From NCBI RefSeq assembly GCF_006345805.1, contig NC_042999.1, forward strand, positions 124,558,001 to 124,622,000: a DNA stretch of 64,000 nucleotides. Reading direction: 5' to 3'. Positions within the stretch are counted from its first letter, which is position 1; each line of letters opens with the position of its first letter. The translations under genes and the position numbers were made by a program. The DNA comes from Octopus sinensis. Its lineage: Eukaryota. Below the pieces are notes generated by a model. It saw nothing but the letters and a program-made list of their open reading frames with translations, did not search any database and was not told the DNA's origin. This document shows, piece by piece, positions 38,140 to 50,244 of the stretch.

Positions 38140-38390
38140 GCCAGTGCTGGTGACACATGAAATGCACTGATGCTAGTGACACGTTAAAGACACTTGCGCC
38201 TGTGACATATAAAAGACATCCAGTGCACTCTGTGAAATGGTTGGTGTTAAGAAGGGCATCCAGCTGTAGAAGACAAGCCAAAACAGACTGGAACCTGGTA
38301 AAGCTTACCATCTTTAGTCAAACTAACAACCCATTCCAGTATGGGAAATGGTCACTAAATTATGATGATGATGATGATGGTGATGGTGGT
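38140..38390 (+). mobile_element. RTE 3'UTR fragment
   Basis: TGGTTGGTGTTAAGAAGGGCATCCAGCTGTAGAA motif and a (GAT)n tail. Confidence 0.7.
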
Positions 38391-39651
38391 GGTGAAACAT
38401 TTTATGATGTGGACAATAAAGATGAATAAAAGAAATTTAATACGATACAGGATTTATTGAAATTATCTACTTTGAGAGAAAAGTAAACAAATACTCTGTA
38501 ACGATAACAATCAATGCCAAATGAGAAGGTGAGATAATCTCAAGAATCAAGAATTTCTCCAAAATTGATTGGCTATTGAGGAAGAAGATAATCTGATTGT
38601 CTGGATACAAGGAAGACAGCCATAGACACTTCTTTGTCATAAAATCACCAGAACAATACTTGTTCTACCTTTACTCCAACAAATATGAAACAGATATTAA
38701 CCATATTTTGTAGTGAATAATGTTACCTCAAACTGTAAATAGGGTTATCTCTTTGTGTATCTTCAATTAAAAGTGTATTAGCTGGAATTACAAGAGTCAC
38801 AGCTCTTTTAAATTTATCCCCTCAAATTGTAGCCATATATTTGTATGTGTAATCACTGAAAGGATTACATCTGAGCCCAGTTTTTACATACACATGATAG
38901 TTTTACAGGTGTGGAGGGGGATATTTTTACTTTTAATTTGATTTTATGTATCTATTTTATTTTATGTATTTATTTATTTATTTATAAATGACACCATATT
39001 CAGTTGCTCCTAATACATTAAAAATATTCTCAGTGAAAACAAAGCTTATTTTCATTTCATTTACCAATAATTTAAAACTTTCTTGAGAATAATTTTCAAT
39101 ATATTTAATAGAATTAACAATTTCAATCATATATTTGGTCATATCTTACCAATCTAATTTTACTTTTCCATTTTATCTGCATATACACGTAGCATGGTAC
39201 TATACTGTTGATTCCAAAAATATGATAACAGCCAAAAATAGTTTTCTTTTTACAGCTTTCATTTGTCTGTTACACAATATATATATTTTTTTAATTACTT
39301 ACCAACCTTGGTTAAAGCTTTTTCCATTCATACACATCATCACTGTCGTTGTCATCGTCATCATTGCTTTTATACGGAGCAGATAAAATTTGAGGCAGAT
39401 TTTCTACGGTTGCATGCCTTTCCTGTCACCAACACTCATCTGTTTCCAAGCAAGATAATACCTCCTCATGGATGAACATGCTTACACACATGATTGGAAA
39501 TGAAGGACTCCACTACTATGACACTGATACTTTCTTAAAACCATGTCAAAACAATAAGACACAATCACACATAAGTTGCCACACAGTAGGACAACCCAGA
39601 ACCATGTGGTTGAGAAGTAAGCTTTTTTACTACACACACACACACACACAA

Positions 39652-39687
<36 letters not shown>

Positions 39688-39776
39688 TCACACACACACA
39701 CACACACACACACCACACACACACACATACACACACACACACACACACCACACACACACACATACTCACACACACA

Positions 39777-39814
<38 letters not shown>

Positions 39815-40439
39815 CATGCAGGCATCTGCAGTTAATGATCTTTCACTTTCATCAGTTTCGGATTTTCAAATCCACTCACAAGCCTTTGGTCAGCCAGAAA
39901 CAATAGTAGAATACACTTGCCCAAGGTATCACACCGTGGGACCGAATCCAAAATCATACAGTTGGGAAAGAAGCTTCTTGACCACACAGCTGTACCTGCA
40001 GCTCCAATTTAGGTAAATTAATTTCTTTCATGTCATTAGAAATAGGGGGATTAAACTTCATGAGTGTTTAAATAAATCCCTATTACACATGTAAGTCATA
40101 CAGTTAATTAGTTTAAATATAAATATTGATTGAATATTAATTTAAATTCAGCTTTTTACAAAAGAAAACTGACTTATCACACTATAAATAGTTTGAACTT
40201 TTATGACTTTATTGCTAAAATTAAAATCTTTTTAAAATAAAATAAATTGTTTACACATTGCACTAAAATAGCTCAATATTATCTTTCAAATACCACTTTG
40301 TCACACTTTTTCCTAGTTATCCATTCCTAAAGGAAATCTTTATCTTCAAATTTTAAGAGCTTTATTTTCATAATTCTATAAACTGTTAAAAATAATTCCT
40401 GAAATCACATGAATATTAAACTCCTCCCTCCATAGTTGC

Positions 40440-40800
40440 AGGCAAGGCTGTGTAGTTAAGAAGCTCACTTTGGAACCCTGTTGATTCAGATTCAGTCCCA
40501 CTATGCAGCACTTGGGTAGGCACCTTCTATGGTTCTGGGCTGACCAATACCTTGAGTGAGTTTGGTGGATGGAAACTGTGGGAAGCCCTTCATGTGTGTG
40601 TGTGTATTTTGGCTTTGTCTCCCACTACTGCTTAACAACCAGTGTTGGTTTGCTTTAACTAAACAGTTCATCAAAATATATCAACAGAATAAGTACAAAA
40701 TTAACAAATAAGTATAAGTACTGGGGCTGATTTGTTTAACTAAACCCTTCAAGGCAGTGCCCCAGTATGGCCACAGTCCAATGAATGAAACTAGAGATGA
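40440..40800 (+). mobile_element. SINE family A, diverged
   Basis: Head and tail homologous to 35439-35850. Confidence 0.75.
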
Positions 40801-41229
40801 AAAATTTTTTAAATAAAGAACACACGCACACACACAGACAGACACAGACACACACACATACGTACACACAAACACACGTGCACACAATCTCCACCGAACA
40901 TCACTCCATATATGATTATATATCACTATTTCTCACCCCATTAACCATATTTTTTATACAATTCCATTCTCACCGTTCCTTTTGTCTTTTTCATTAATAG
41001 GCATTTATTACCTTTCATCCTTCCACATGAATGAAGGCAATAAAATAAATACCAGGCAAGTACTGAGGTTGACTTAGTTATCTATTCTCTTCACCTCAAA
41101 ATTTATGGAGACTTGTGTCTGTGGGAGAAATCAATATTTGGATATTGGTGTTTGAACAACAATATTTGAATATCTCTGTTTGGCAGTAACAACAATGGAA
41201 AAATTTTCCTAGGATGCCTTTGGTATGTA

Positions 41230-41545
41230 GAACATATACAAACATATGTAGTTCATCTATTGTTGTTGATGATGACCAAAGATAGCACATGGGAGAAGAC
41301 AAGGCATGCTGTATCTGGCTGTGGCCAATCAGTCCAATGTGTGCTCAGAAGGCTCTGCCACAGCTCAGGTATAAGTGGTCTGCTGGGACTGAAGGTGAGG
41401 AATTGGCTCTGGGATTGTGCAATTTGTGTCTTCTTCATGTCTCTGCAATCCTGTTCTGTCTGTTGGTGCAGCTTTGCCAGGCAGGTTCGTCTTGCACTTG
41501 CATTTCCCAAGTGTCAGTGTTGACCTCTTTGGTGTAGAACATACA
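41230..41545 (-). mobile_element. Decayed RTE (BovB-like) 3' end with a C2H2 remnant
   Basis: WEMQVQDEPAWQS...RRHK...RAF*AHIGLIGHSQIQH, then a GTCATCATCAACAACAATAGATGAAC-type 3' end. Confidence 0.65.
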
Positions 41546-41887
41546 GTTAAGTGCAGACTAATATAATTCATGTAGTGAACAAACAAATAAATGTTTAATA
41601 TCCCCATAATGGATCTCACTCCATAATGAAAAAAAAATCATTTGCATTACTAACAATTCTTACCAAGAAATTCAAATGAGTCAACTATGAAATTAAAATT
41701 GACAAAACGTTAAATAGGAACATGCAGTGAAGAATCAGTTAAATCCGTGGTAAATACAATAACTCATGTATTTTGATCTTATTAGACCTCTTCATTGACA
41801 CAGTTTTTATTCTGAGTTTAATTCTAATTAAGTGGTGCACTGTATTACATGTTGTAATCGATGCATAGCTATTTAGCCCAATTGTTT

Positions 41888-42420
41888 GGACAACAGATTT
41901 GGGCAGAAATATTTGGTTAATGGTGTTGGGATTGGACATCTGTTTTGGAAAGTAATATTTTATTTGGAGATCAGTTTTGAACTGTGACCTTGGACATCTG
42001 TTTTGAACAATGATGTTTGGACATCAGTGTCAGAAAGTTATGTCTTGACATCAATTTTTGACTGATGCTAGGATATCAGTTTTGACAGTAAACCTTGGAT
42101 AACAATTTTGAACAATGATACTTGGACATTAGTTTTAGAAAGAGATGCATAGGCATCAGTTCTGGGCAGTTATCTTAGAATACTAGTTTTGAATAACAAA
42201 GTTTGGATAGCAGTAGTGACACTGGTGCTCGAACAGCAGTCTCAAACAGTAATATTTGAACATCAGTTTTGATGAGGATGCCTGGACATCAGTTTCAGAC
42301 AGTGATACTTTGACATTAATATTGGACAGAGATATATGAACTTCAGTTTTGACCAGTGATGCTGAGACATTGGTTTTGAACAATGATGTTTGGATATTAG
42401 TTTTGGACAGTACTATTTTG
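41888..42420. repeat. Highly degenerate minisatellite, unit 25-28 bp (about 27), about 20 copies
   Basis: Consensus approximately GGACATCAGTTTTGAACAGTGATACTT, with outlying units near 41130-41185 and 42775-42815. Confidence 0.8.
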
Positions 42421-42439
42421 TTATCAATATTTGGGCCAT

Positions 42440-42660
42440 CCTTAAGGTGGCAACTGGCAGAATTATTAGCATACCAGGAAAAATGCTTAGCAGCATTTCG
42501 TCTGTCTTTACATTCTGTGTTCAAATTCTACCAAGGTCATCTTTGCTTTTCATCTTTTTGGAGCTAATAAAATAAATGTCAGTTGAGCACTGAGGTCAAT
42601 GTAAGTAACTTAACTCCTCCCCATGAACTTGCTGGCCTTGTGCCAAAATTTGAAACCAAT
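42440..42660 (+). mobile_element. SINE family B
   Basis: Homologous to 13021-13250. Confidence 0.75.
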
Positions 42661-43751
42661 ATTTGAGCCATCCAATCATGCAATCCCAAATGAACTGAAT
42701 CCCCTTTAAAACCCACCCAGCACTCAATGTTCTGCAGTGTTCACTAACATTGCCTTTATCTTCCAAGTTCAAACTTTGGACATCAGTATTTGAGCAATAA
42801 TATTTGAACAGTCCAAATAGTAATGTAAAAACATATTTTATTTATTTTATATAAAAAAAAACAGGTCAGGTTAAAGGGATGTTGCAAAACCTAAAACTCA
42901 CAGTGGGTCCAGTACAACACTGACAATATGTCCAAATATGTGCTTTCGAAGATGGATAAAAAAACTAATCAGTAATGTCTAGACATATTTTTGTTGGTTT
43001 TTTTTTTTATATTTGGTATGTGTATTTTTATATCATGTAATAAAAAAGATCTGCCATACATCAGCCTAGATAATTCACCATTATCATCACCATGATCAAT
43101 AATCAGAACTGACAGACTGACAGTTTGTATTTTATTTTTTAATCAAAAAGCTTGCAACCATATGCTATCACGTGTGCGTATATGTGTATATACTTGTTTA
43201 TGTGTGTATGTGTATGTGTGTGTTTTAATGTATATGTTCAATTATGTAAATTTGTGTGTGAGTGTGTGTGTGTATGTGTGATTATGTGTGTAGATGTATA
43301 TGGAATGTTTACATCTTTCAGATGCATACAAAGAGAAAAAAAAATGTATGGGAAAAACAAATGCTGTTGACATGAGTTTCCTTTAATCATAGCAGCTTTC
43401 AATGTTTGACAAAATGGTGAAATATAAGTCAAACAATAAAAAAAATAAAAAATGAACATAAACATATCTTTTAAAAAATCTCATACATAAAAGTGAAATA
43501 AGAAAGGAAAAAAATTAAATATGGATACATACTTATACTTATATGTATATATATATAATGTGTGTATAGAGAAAGTGAGAGGAGGAGGAGACAAAAAGAG
43601 AGATAGAAAGAATGAATGAAAAGATAGGAGGAAAACTGTGGTAAGACATTATTTTAGAATATTTTCAAAATATATGTCAATATATGTATGTATTTACATG
43701 GGTGATAATAAATATATATATATGTATACACACGCATATATATGTATATGA

Positions 43752-43861
<110 letters not shown>

Positions 43862-43863
43862 AT

Positions 43864-44262
43864 GTAGGAGTGGCTGTGTGGTAAGTAACTTGTTTACCTA
43901 CCACATGGTTCCGGGTTCAGTCCCACTGCATGGCACCTTGGGCAAGTGTCTTCTACTATAGCCTCGGGCCGACCAAAGCCTTGTGAGTGGATTTGGTAGA
44001 CGGAAACTGAAAGAAGCCCGTCGTATATACGTATATATATATATATATGTATGTGTGTGTATATGTTCGTGTGTCTGCATGTGTCCCCCCCAACATCGCT
44101 TGACAACCGATGCTGGTGTGTTTACGTCCCCTTCACTTTGCAGTTCGGCAAAAGAGACCGATAGAATAAGTCCTGGGGTCGATTTGCTCGACTAAAGGCG
44201 GTGCATGGCCACAATCACATGACTGAAACAAGTAAAAAGTAAAAAGTATAAAAGTAAAAAGT
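43864..44262 (+). mobile_element. SINE family A, young copy
   Basis: Intact head, CpGs retained. Confidence 0.9.
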
Positions 44263-44340
44263 ATATATCATCATCATCATCATCATCATCATCATTTAAG
44301 CAGACGTTAAACGATGATGATGATAATGATGATATATATA

Positions 44341-44725
44341 TTGTGGCACTCCGTTGGTTGCAATGATGAGGGTTCCAATTGATCTGATCAATGGAACACC
44401 CTGTTCATGAAATTAACGTGCAAGTGGTTGAGTACTCCACAGACACATGTACTCTTAGTGTAGTTCTCAGTGAGATTCAGCGTGGCACAGAGTGTGACGA
44501 AGCTGGCCCTTTGAAATACAGGGACAACAGAAACAGGAAGAAAGAGTGAGAGAATGTTGTGGTGAAAGAGTACAGCAGGGTTCGCCACGCCCCCCTGCCA
44601 TAGCCTCGTGGAGCCTTAGGTGTTTTCACTCAATATACACTCACAACACCCGGTCTGGGAATCAAAACCATGATCCTATGACCGCAAGTCCACTGCCATA
44701 ACCACTGGGCCATTACTCCTCCACT
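44341..44725 (-). mobile_element. SINE family C
   Basis: Reverse complement of 18255-18635. Confidence 0.85.
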
Positions 44726-44731
44726 ATATGC

Positions 44732-44787
<56 letters not shown>

Positions 44788-44808
44788 GTATATATATATA
44801 TATATATA

Positions 44809-45014
44809 TAAATGTAATATGTGACAATTACTCCGAATTTCGGATGCCGAGATGGAAATCCACACCGCCATCTCTTCAGTTATCTGGCCATCAGAAAAAT
44901 CCGATTTTTCCAATGGCCGGATAACTGAAGAGATGGCAATGTGGATTTCCACCTCGGCGTCCAAAACTCGGAGTTTTATCATGGTTACCAAATAATTGTC
45001 ACATATTAAATTTA
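44809..45014. mobile_element. Palindromic MITE-like element with a 70-bp-arm hairpin
   Basis: Outer IR TAATATGTGACAATTA / TAATTGTCACATATTA. Inner arms 44831-44900 and 44904-44973 have a 3-nt loop (CCG), 9 mismatches and no indels. Confidence 0.8.
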
Positions 45015-45084
45015 CAGATAAATTCCTCTATTTACATAATATCGAGGTCTCTTTCTTTTTTTTGTTGTCTTACCATTTTTATCA

Positions 45085-45115
<31 letters not shown>

Positions 45116-45127
45116 CGTATATATATA

Positions 45128-45157
<30 letters not shown>

Positions 45158-45160
<3 letters not shown>

Positions 45161-45960
45161 TCATCATCATCATCATCGTTTAACGTCCGCTTTCCATGCT
45201 AGCATGGGTTGGACGGTTCAACTGGGGTCTGGCAAGCCCGAAAGCTGCACCAGGCCAGTCAGATCTGGCAGTGTTTCTACAGCTGGATGCCCTTCCTAAC
45301 GCCAACCACTCCGAGAGTGTAGTGGGTGATTTTATGTGCCACCGACACAGGTGCCAGACGAGGCTGGCAGACGGCCACGCTCGGATGGTGTTTTTTATGT
45401 GCCACCGACTCAGGTGCCAGATGAGGCTGGCTGACGGCCACGCTCGGATGGTGTTTTCTTATGTGTCACCGACACAGGTGCCAGACGGGGCTGGCGGACG
45501 GCCACGCTCGGATGGTGTTTGTTACGTGCCCTCAGCACGGAGGCCAGTCGTTGCGGTACTGGCTACGATCACGTTCGGATGGTTTTCTTATGTGCCACCG
45601 GCACTGGTACCACAAGGATACAAATTCCATTGATGTTCATCTATTTTGATTTGGTTCGATTTGATTTGATTTGATTCGATTCGATTCTCACTTGCCTCAA
45701 CAGGTCTTCACAAGTGTCACAAGAAGGAAGGTATGCACAGGTGGACTGACTACGTCCCAGGTAGGGGCCACGGATTATGGCTTCACTAGTCTTGCCGGGT
45801 CTTCTCACGCACAGCATACTTCCATAGGTCTCGGTCTCTAGTCATTTCCATGGTGAGACCTAACGTCCGAAGGTCGTGCTTCACCACTTCGTCCCAGGTT
45901 TTCCTGGGTCTACCTCTTCCACGGGTTCCCTCAACTGCTAGGGATTGGCACTTTCTCACA
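45158..45960 (-). mobile_element. 5'-truncated RTE LINE: ORF C-terminus, about 620-bp 3'UTR with 63-66-bp repeats, (GAT)n tail
   Basis: VRKCQSLAVEGTRGRGRPRKTWDEVVKHDLRTLGLTMEMTRDRDLWKYAVREKTRQD* leads directly into the 3'UTR seen throughout the window. Confidence 0.9.
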
Positions 45961-46736
45961 CACATATATATATATATATGTATGCATGTATGCATGTATG
46001 TTTGTATGTATGTATAAGTATATATTCATTCACACACACACACACAGAAATACAGATATATGTTTTCATAATATGCTTTCAACACTTACACACATGCATC
46101 CATATATATATAGAATCACCCGATATATTCACTCACATATACATATGCATATATAATGCATGCAAACATACTCTAAAATATGTATACAAATAATTACTTA
46201 TCTACATGAGATCTTACCTTAAGTATGCATTGCACTTATAAGTGAAAGAGAGAAAGAGAGAGTGGGAGAGGAAGGGGGAGGAAAGAGGAAGATGAGAAAA
46301 ACAGAGAGAGAGAGAGAGAGTGAGGGAGTGAGTAAGTGAGTGTGTGCGTGGTGTGTGTGTGCATGTGTATGTGTGGTATTTGCACAGTTAAGAAACAGGA
46401 ATTAAGATATATTTATTTCTATGCCAAGACAATAACAATAATCAACAATAATGGAAAACCTTTGCTCAATCCAATCATGCAATAGAAATGAACTGAATTC
46501 TCTTTGGTACGTGCACTCAGTGCTTTGTAGTGTTCAGTGACAACCCTTAATGTTCTGAGTTCAAATTCTGCTGTGGTTTTGTGTTTATCTTTCATTCCTT
46601 CTGGGTCAGTAAAACAAATACTGGTTGTATATTGAGAAAGAATTAAATCAATTGTGATTTATCATTCCCTTCTTTTGAAATGTATCTTTGTATACAATTA
46701 ATAAAGGAAGAGAAGCATAGAAATATTATTATTATG

Positions 46737-46780
<44 letters not shown>

Positions 46781-46784
<4 letters not shown>

Positions 46785-47080
46785 TAGTTTTATTTTTATA
46801 GCGTGCTTTCACTTCACTACCGAGCGCAGCTCTGTGTGCCTTGGGTATGTGCTGTGATTTGTTGTGATGCTCTGATGGTTATTGTATGGAAAGTGTTCTG
46901 CGTAGGATGTGTGCAGTGCCTAGTAGTGCAATTTTCTGTATGTTATATGTGTTTGTAAGTCCTGGTGTTTTTGTTATGTATTTGTCTGAATATTTTTTTA
47001 TCATGCCTAATGCACCTACTATGATAGGAATTGTTTCTGTTTTCAGATTCCACATTCTAGTTACCTCTATTTTCAGGTCT
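46781..47080 (-). mobile_element. 5'-truncated Dong/R4-type LINE flanked on both sides by (TAA)n
   Basis: DLKIEVTRMWNLKTETIPIIVGALGMIKK...IQKIALLGTAHILRRTLSIQ*, with (TTA)n at about 46725-46780 and about 47081-47155. Confidence 0.88.
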
Positions 47081-47104
47081 TTATTATTATTATTATTATT
47101 ATTA

Positions 47105-47154
<50 letters not shown>

Positions 47155-47156
<2 letters not shown>

Positions 47157-48020
47157 GGCAGCAAGCTAGCAGAAGTGTTAGCATGCCGGAAAAATTGCTT
47201 AGCAGCATTTTATCCATCTTTACATTCTGAGTTCAAATTCTGCTGAGGTCAACTTAGTCTTTCATCTTTTCAAGGTTGATTAAATAAGTGCCAGTGAAAC
47301 ACTGGGGTCGATGGAATCAACTTATCCCCTCCCCCAAAATTACTGTCCTTGTAGCAAAATTTGAAACCATTATTATTACTACTGCTGCTGCTGCTACTAC
47401 TACTACTACTACTATTATTATTATTAAGATAACAAGCTGGCAGAATTCTTAGTATTATTTCATCTATCACTATGTTCTGAGTTCAAATTCCATTGAGGCC
47501 GACTTCGCCTTTCATCTTTTCAGGGTCAATAAATTAAGTACCGGTGAAACACTGGAGTCACTGGAGTCGCTGTAATCAACTAGTCAACCCCCACCCCACC
47601 AAATTTCAGGCCGCATACCTTTAGTAGTGGTTAGAGTGTCGAGCTTACAACCGTGAGGTTGTGAGTTCGAATCCCAGACTGGGCTGTGAGTTGTGTTCTT
47701 GAGCAAGACACTTTATTTCATAATGCTCCAGTTCACTCAGCTGTAGAAATGAGCTGCATAAAGGTCCCTGAATAAGGGTTGTTTAAGGATGTTGAAAGAA
47801 CCACCCATGTTTCCAGAGGTGAATTATTCAAACCCCAAAGAATCCCTCTCAACACATGGCTATGATGCTCCCCCACTACTTCTGCTCGTGATCAGAGATG
47901 CACATATCGTCAGCCACTAAGGGACATCCTCAACTGGTTAAAGTCAAACAAGTGACAAGCAAATCTGTGGTATTGAGCAGAATACTTGCTGTAGCCCATC
48001 TCTTATACCAAGACAAAACA

Positions 48021-48053
<33 letters not shown>

Positions 48054-48285
48054 ATTTAAGAAAGATTGTGAGAAGGCAGAATTCTTAACATGTCAGACAA
48101 AATGCTGAGTGACATTACTTCTGACACTTTACATCTTGAGTTCAAATTCTGCTGAGAACGACTTTGCGTTTGATACTTTCAAGATCAATCATCAATCAAA
48201 TATGGGCAGTGTGTGGGATGTAATGGACTTACCCCTTCCCTCAAAATTGCTGGATCTTGTGTCAAAATTAGGAAAAATTATTACT
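47155..48285 (+). mobile_element. Cluster of SINEs (family B x3, family D head fused to another repeat at about 47761-48020)
   Basis: Repeated GAGTTCAAATTC..GACTTTGC cores and a D-type head at about 47627. Confidence 0.7.
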
Positions 48286-48925
48286 GCTATAGTAGACACT
48301 GATGAAAGGTAAAATGGTAGAATGGTAGCAGCAGTGATTTGGCTGAGTCATTGGAATGTCAAATAAAAAGTGTTCATCCTGAATTCAAATTTTACCATAT
48401 TTAACTGCCCCTTTAATCCTTTCAGATTGAATAAGTAAAGTACCAATTGTGGATGGTGATTAGAGGTATTGCCAGAATTTCAGATGAGATTCCTTGCAGT
48501 ATTTGTTCTGGTTCTTTGTGTCCCAAGTTCAAATTCTGCCTAGTTATTAATGGCTACAGTCAATTAACCAACAACGTGAGGGGCTTGTCTTACACTTTAT
48601 TTGGCCAGTGTAATCATGTAGGCCTACAACCAGGATAAATAAACCAGCAACAGTAGGCTCCAGATTCATCAAGCAATGGGTGAATGAAAGTCAACTGGAA
48701 TGACAGAACTGGAGAGGAAGGAATTAAATGCTTTGCAATATTTAGTTATATCATTTTAGCTTCTCAGTTCAAATCCATGCTAGAGTTCATTTTACCCTTT
48801 AACCTCCTGGGGTTTATATATGTGTGTGTACATACATGCACATGTGTGTGTGTGTGCATGTGTGCACGTGAGTGTGTGTGTGTGCATGTATGTGTACACA
48901 CACACACTCATATATATATATATAT

Positions 48926-48979
<54 letters not shown>

Positions 48980-49039
48980 TATAGACAGAGCAAGGCAGAA
49001 ACAAGGAAAATGCCACTTATATTTGAACACTATACAAAT

Positions 49040-49190
49040 ATTCCTTTAAAAAAACATTTCTTTTAATTTTTCTAAATTTAATTATTTAATCGTTACAGTT
49101 GAAAAGGTCTCGAAATGACTGAAACCGGTACTGAAATGTTCTTTATAAAATTATTTTAGAATTTTCTATTTTGACTTATTTTTTCATATA
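49040..49190 (+). mobile_element. Penelope-type pseudo-LTR fragment
   Basis: Hammerhead motif followed by an AT-rich ATAAAA region. Assignment is by analogy to PLE pLTRs. Confidence 0.5.
49092..49137 (+). ncRNA. Minimal type I hammerhead with U3-A8 covariation
   Basis: GTTACAG-TTGAAAA-GGTC-TCGAAAT-GACT-GAAA-CCGG-TA-CTGAAAT: stem I with one mismatch, 4-bp stem II, palindromic CCGG loop, GUA cleavage triplet. Confidence 0.65.
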
Positions 49191-49588
49191 TCTTTATATA
49201 TAAAAGTGAGGTTGTGTGCTGTCTGTCTCCTACGATTTAGATTCCTAACTACTCCCACATTTTGCGGTGCAGTTTAACCAAAACCGGGTATCTTATAGTC
49301 GTGATTCATATCGAGCGCTTCTGGGTAGTAGTGTGCGTCTACGATGAGTCTACAATTTAAAAAAAAATTTACCATCAATTTTTCCCATTTTTAATGCATT
49401 TTTGGCATATATAAGGGAAGTAACTCTCTAAAAATTTATTATTAAATCTCAGAACGTAAAAAGCTACAGTAACACCCCCTCCCTTTGTGGTTAGCCATAT
49501 TGAGATGGCTATTATACTTTACATCTCTAAAAATGCTTATATAGTTATTTCCCTTACAAACCTGAGCAACGCCGGTCGATACTGCTAG
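49191..49588 (+). mobile_element. Non-autonomous Helitron, 398 bp
   Basis: A|TCTTTATATATAAAAG 5' end, subterminal CCTGAGCAACGCCGG hairpin-like motif, CTAG|T 3' end, no TSD. Confidence 0.78.
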
Positions 49589-50211
49589 TATATATATATA
49601 CCATTATCATCATCATATATATATGAATATATATATGTATAAATATATGGTTCAGAAATATACCAAACATGCAAAAAACAGAGACAGGTGAAAGAATCAA
49701 ACTGGATGTACTAGTCTGACACTCCAGAAAAATGGAGGAAGTTTTCAATGTTTCAAGATTTTGCTCTTCTACAAAAAGAAATAAGGAGAGAAAACAGATG
49801 GCGAGAGGAAAAAAGTGTCTGATTTTATAATGTTCTATCTTGCATACATATCTATATTACACACACACACAGACACACACACATGCACTCATGCATGCAT
49901 GCACACACACACTTGCACACATGCACACACATACATGCACACATGGACACACATACACACACACACACATATATGATGTTACACTGACACTCAATTCTAG
50001 GTACACTTATCAAAACAGTCAAAATGACTGTAAAATATTGAAGATGATTATGTGAGCCCTTCTCTTTGTAATGAAATGCTGATCACTTAATGTGGATGGA
50101 GCATGTGGAAGAAGGGGGCCCGGGAAGACATGGAATGATGTAGTGAAGACTGTAGTATGCACTCAGTACATATGTACCAAGAAATAACGCTTGAATACAA
50201 ATATTTAATAA

Positions 50212-50214
<3 letters not shown>

Positions 50215-50244
<30 letters not shown>

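Noticed and set aside
49735-49790. Minus-strand TTGTAGAAGAGC..CTTGAAACATTG, a possible third hammerhead family
   Set aside because: Core and stems are too degenerate to fold; needs a family consensus.
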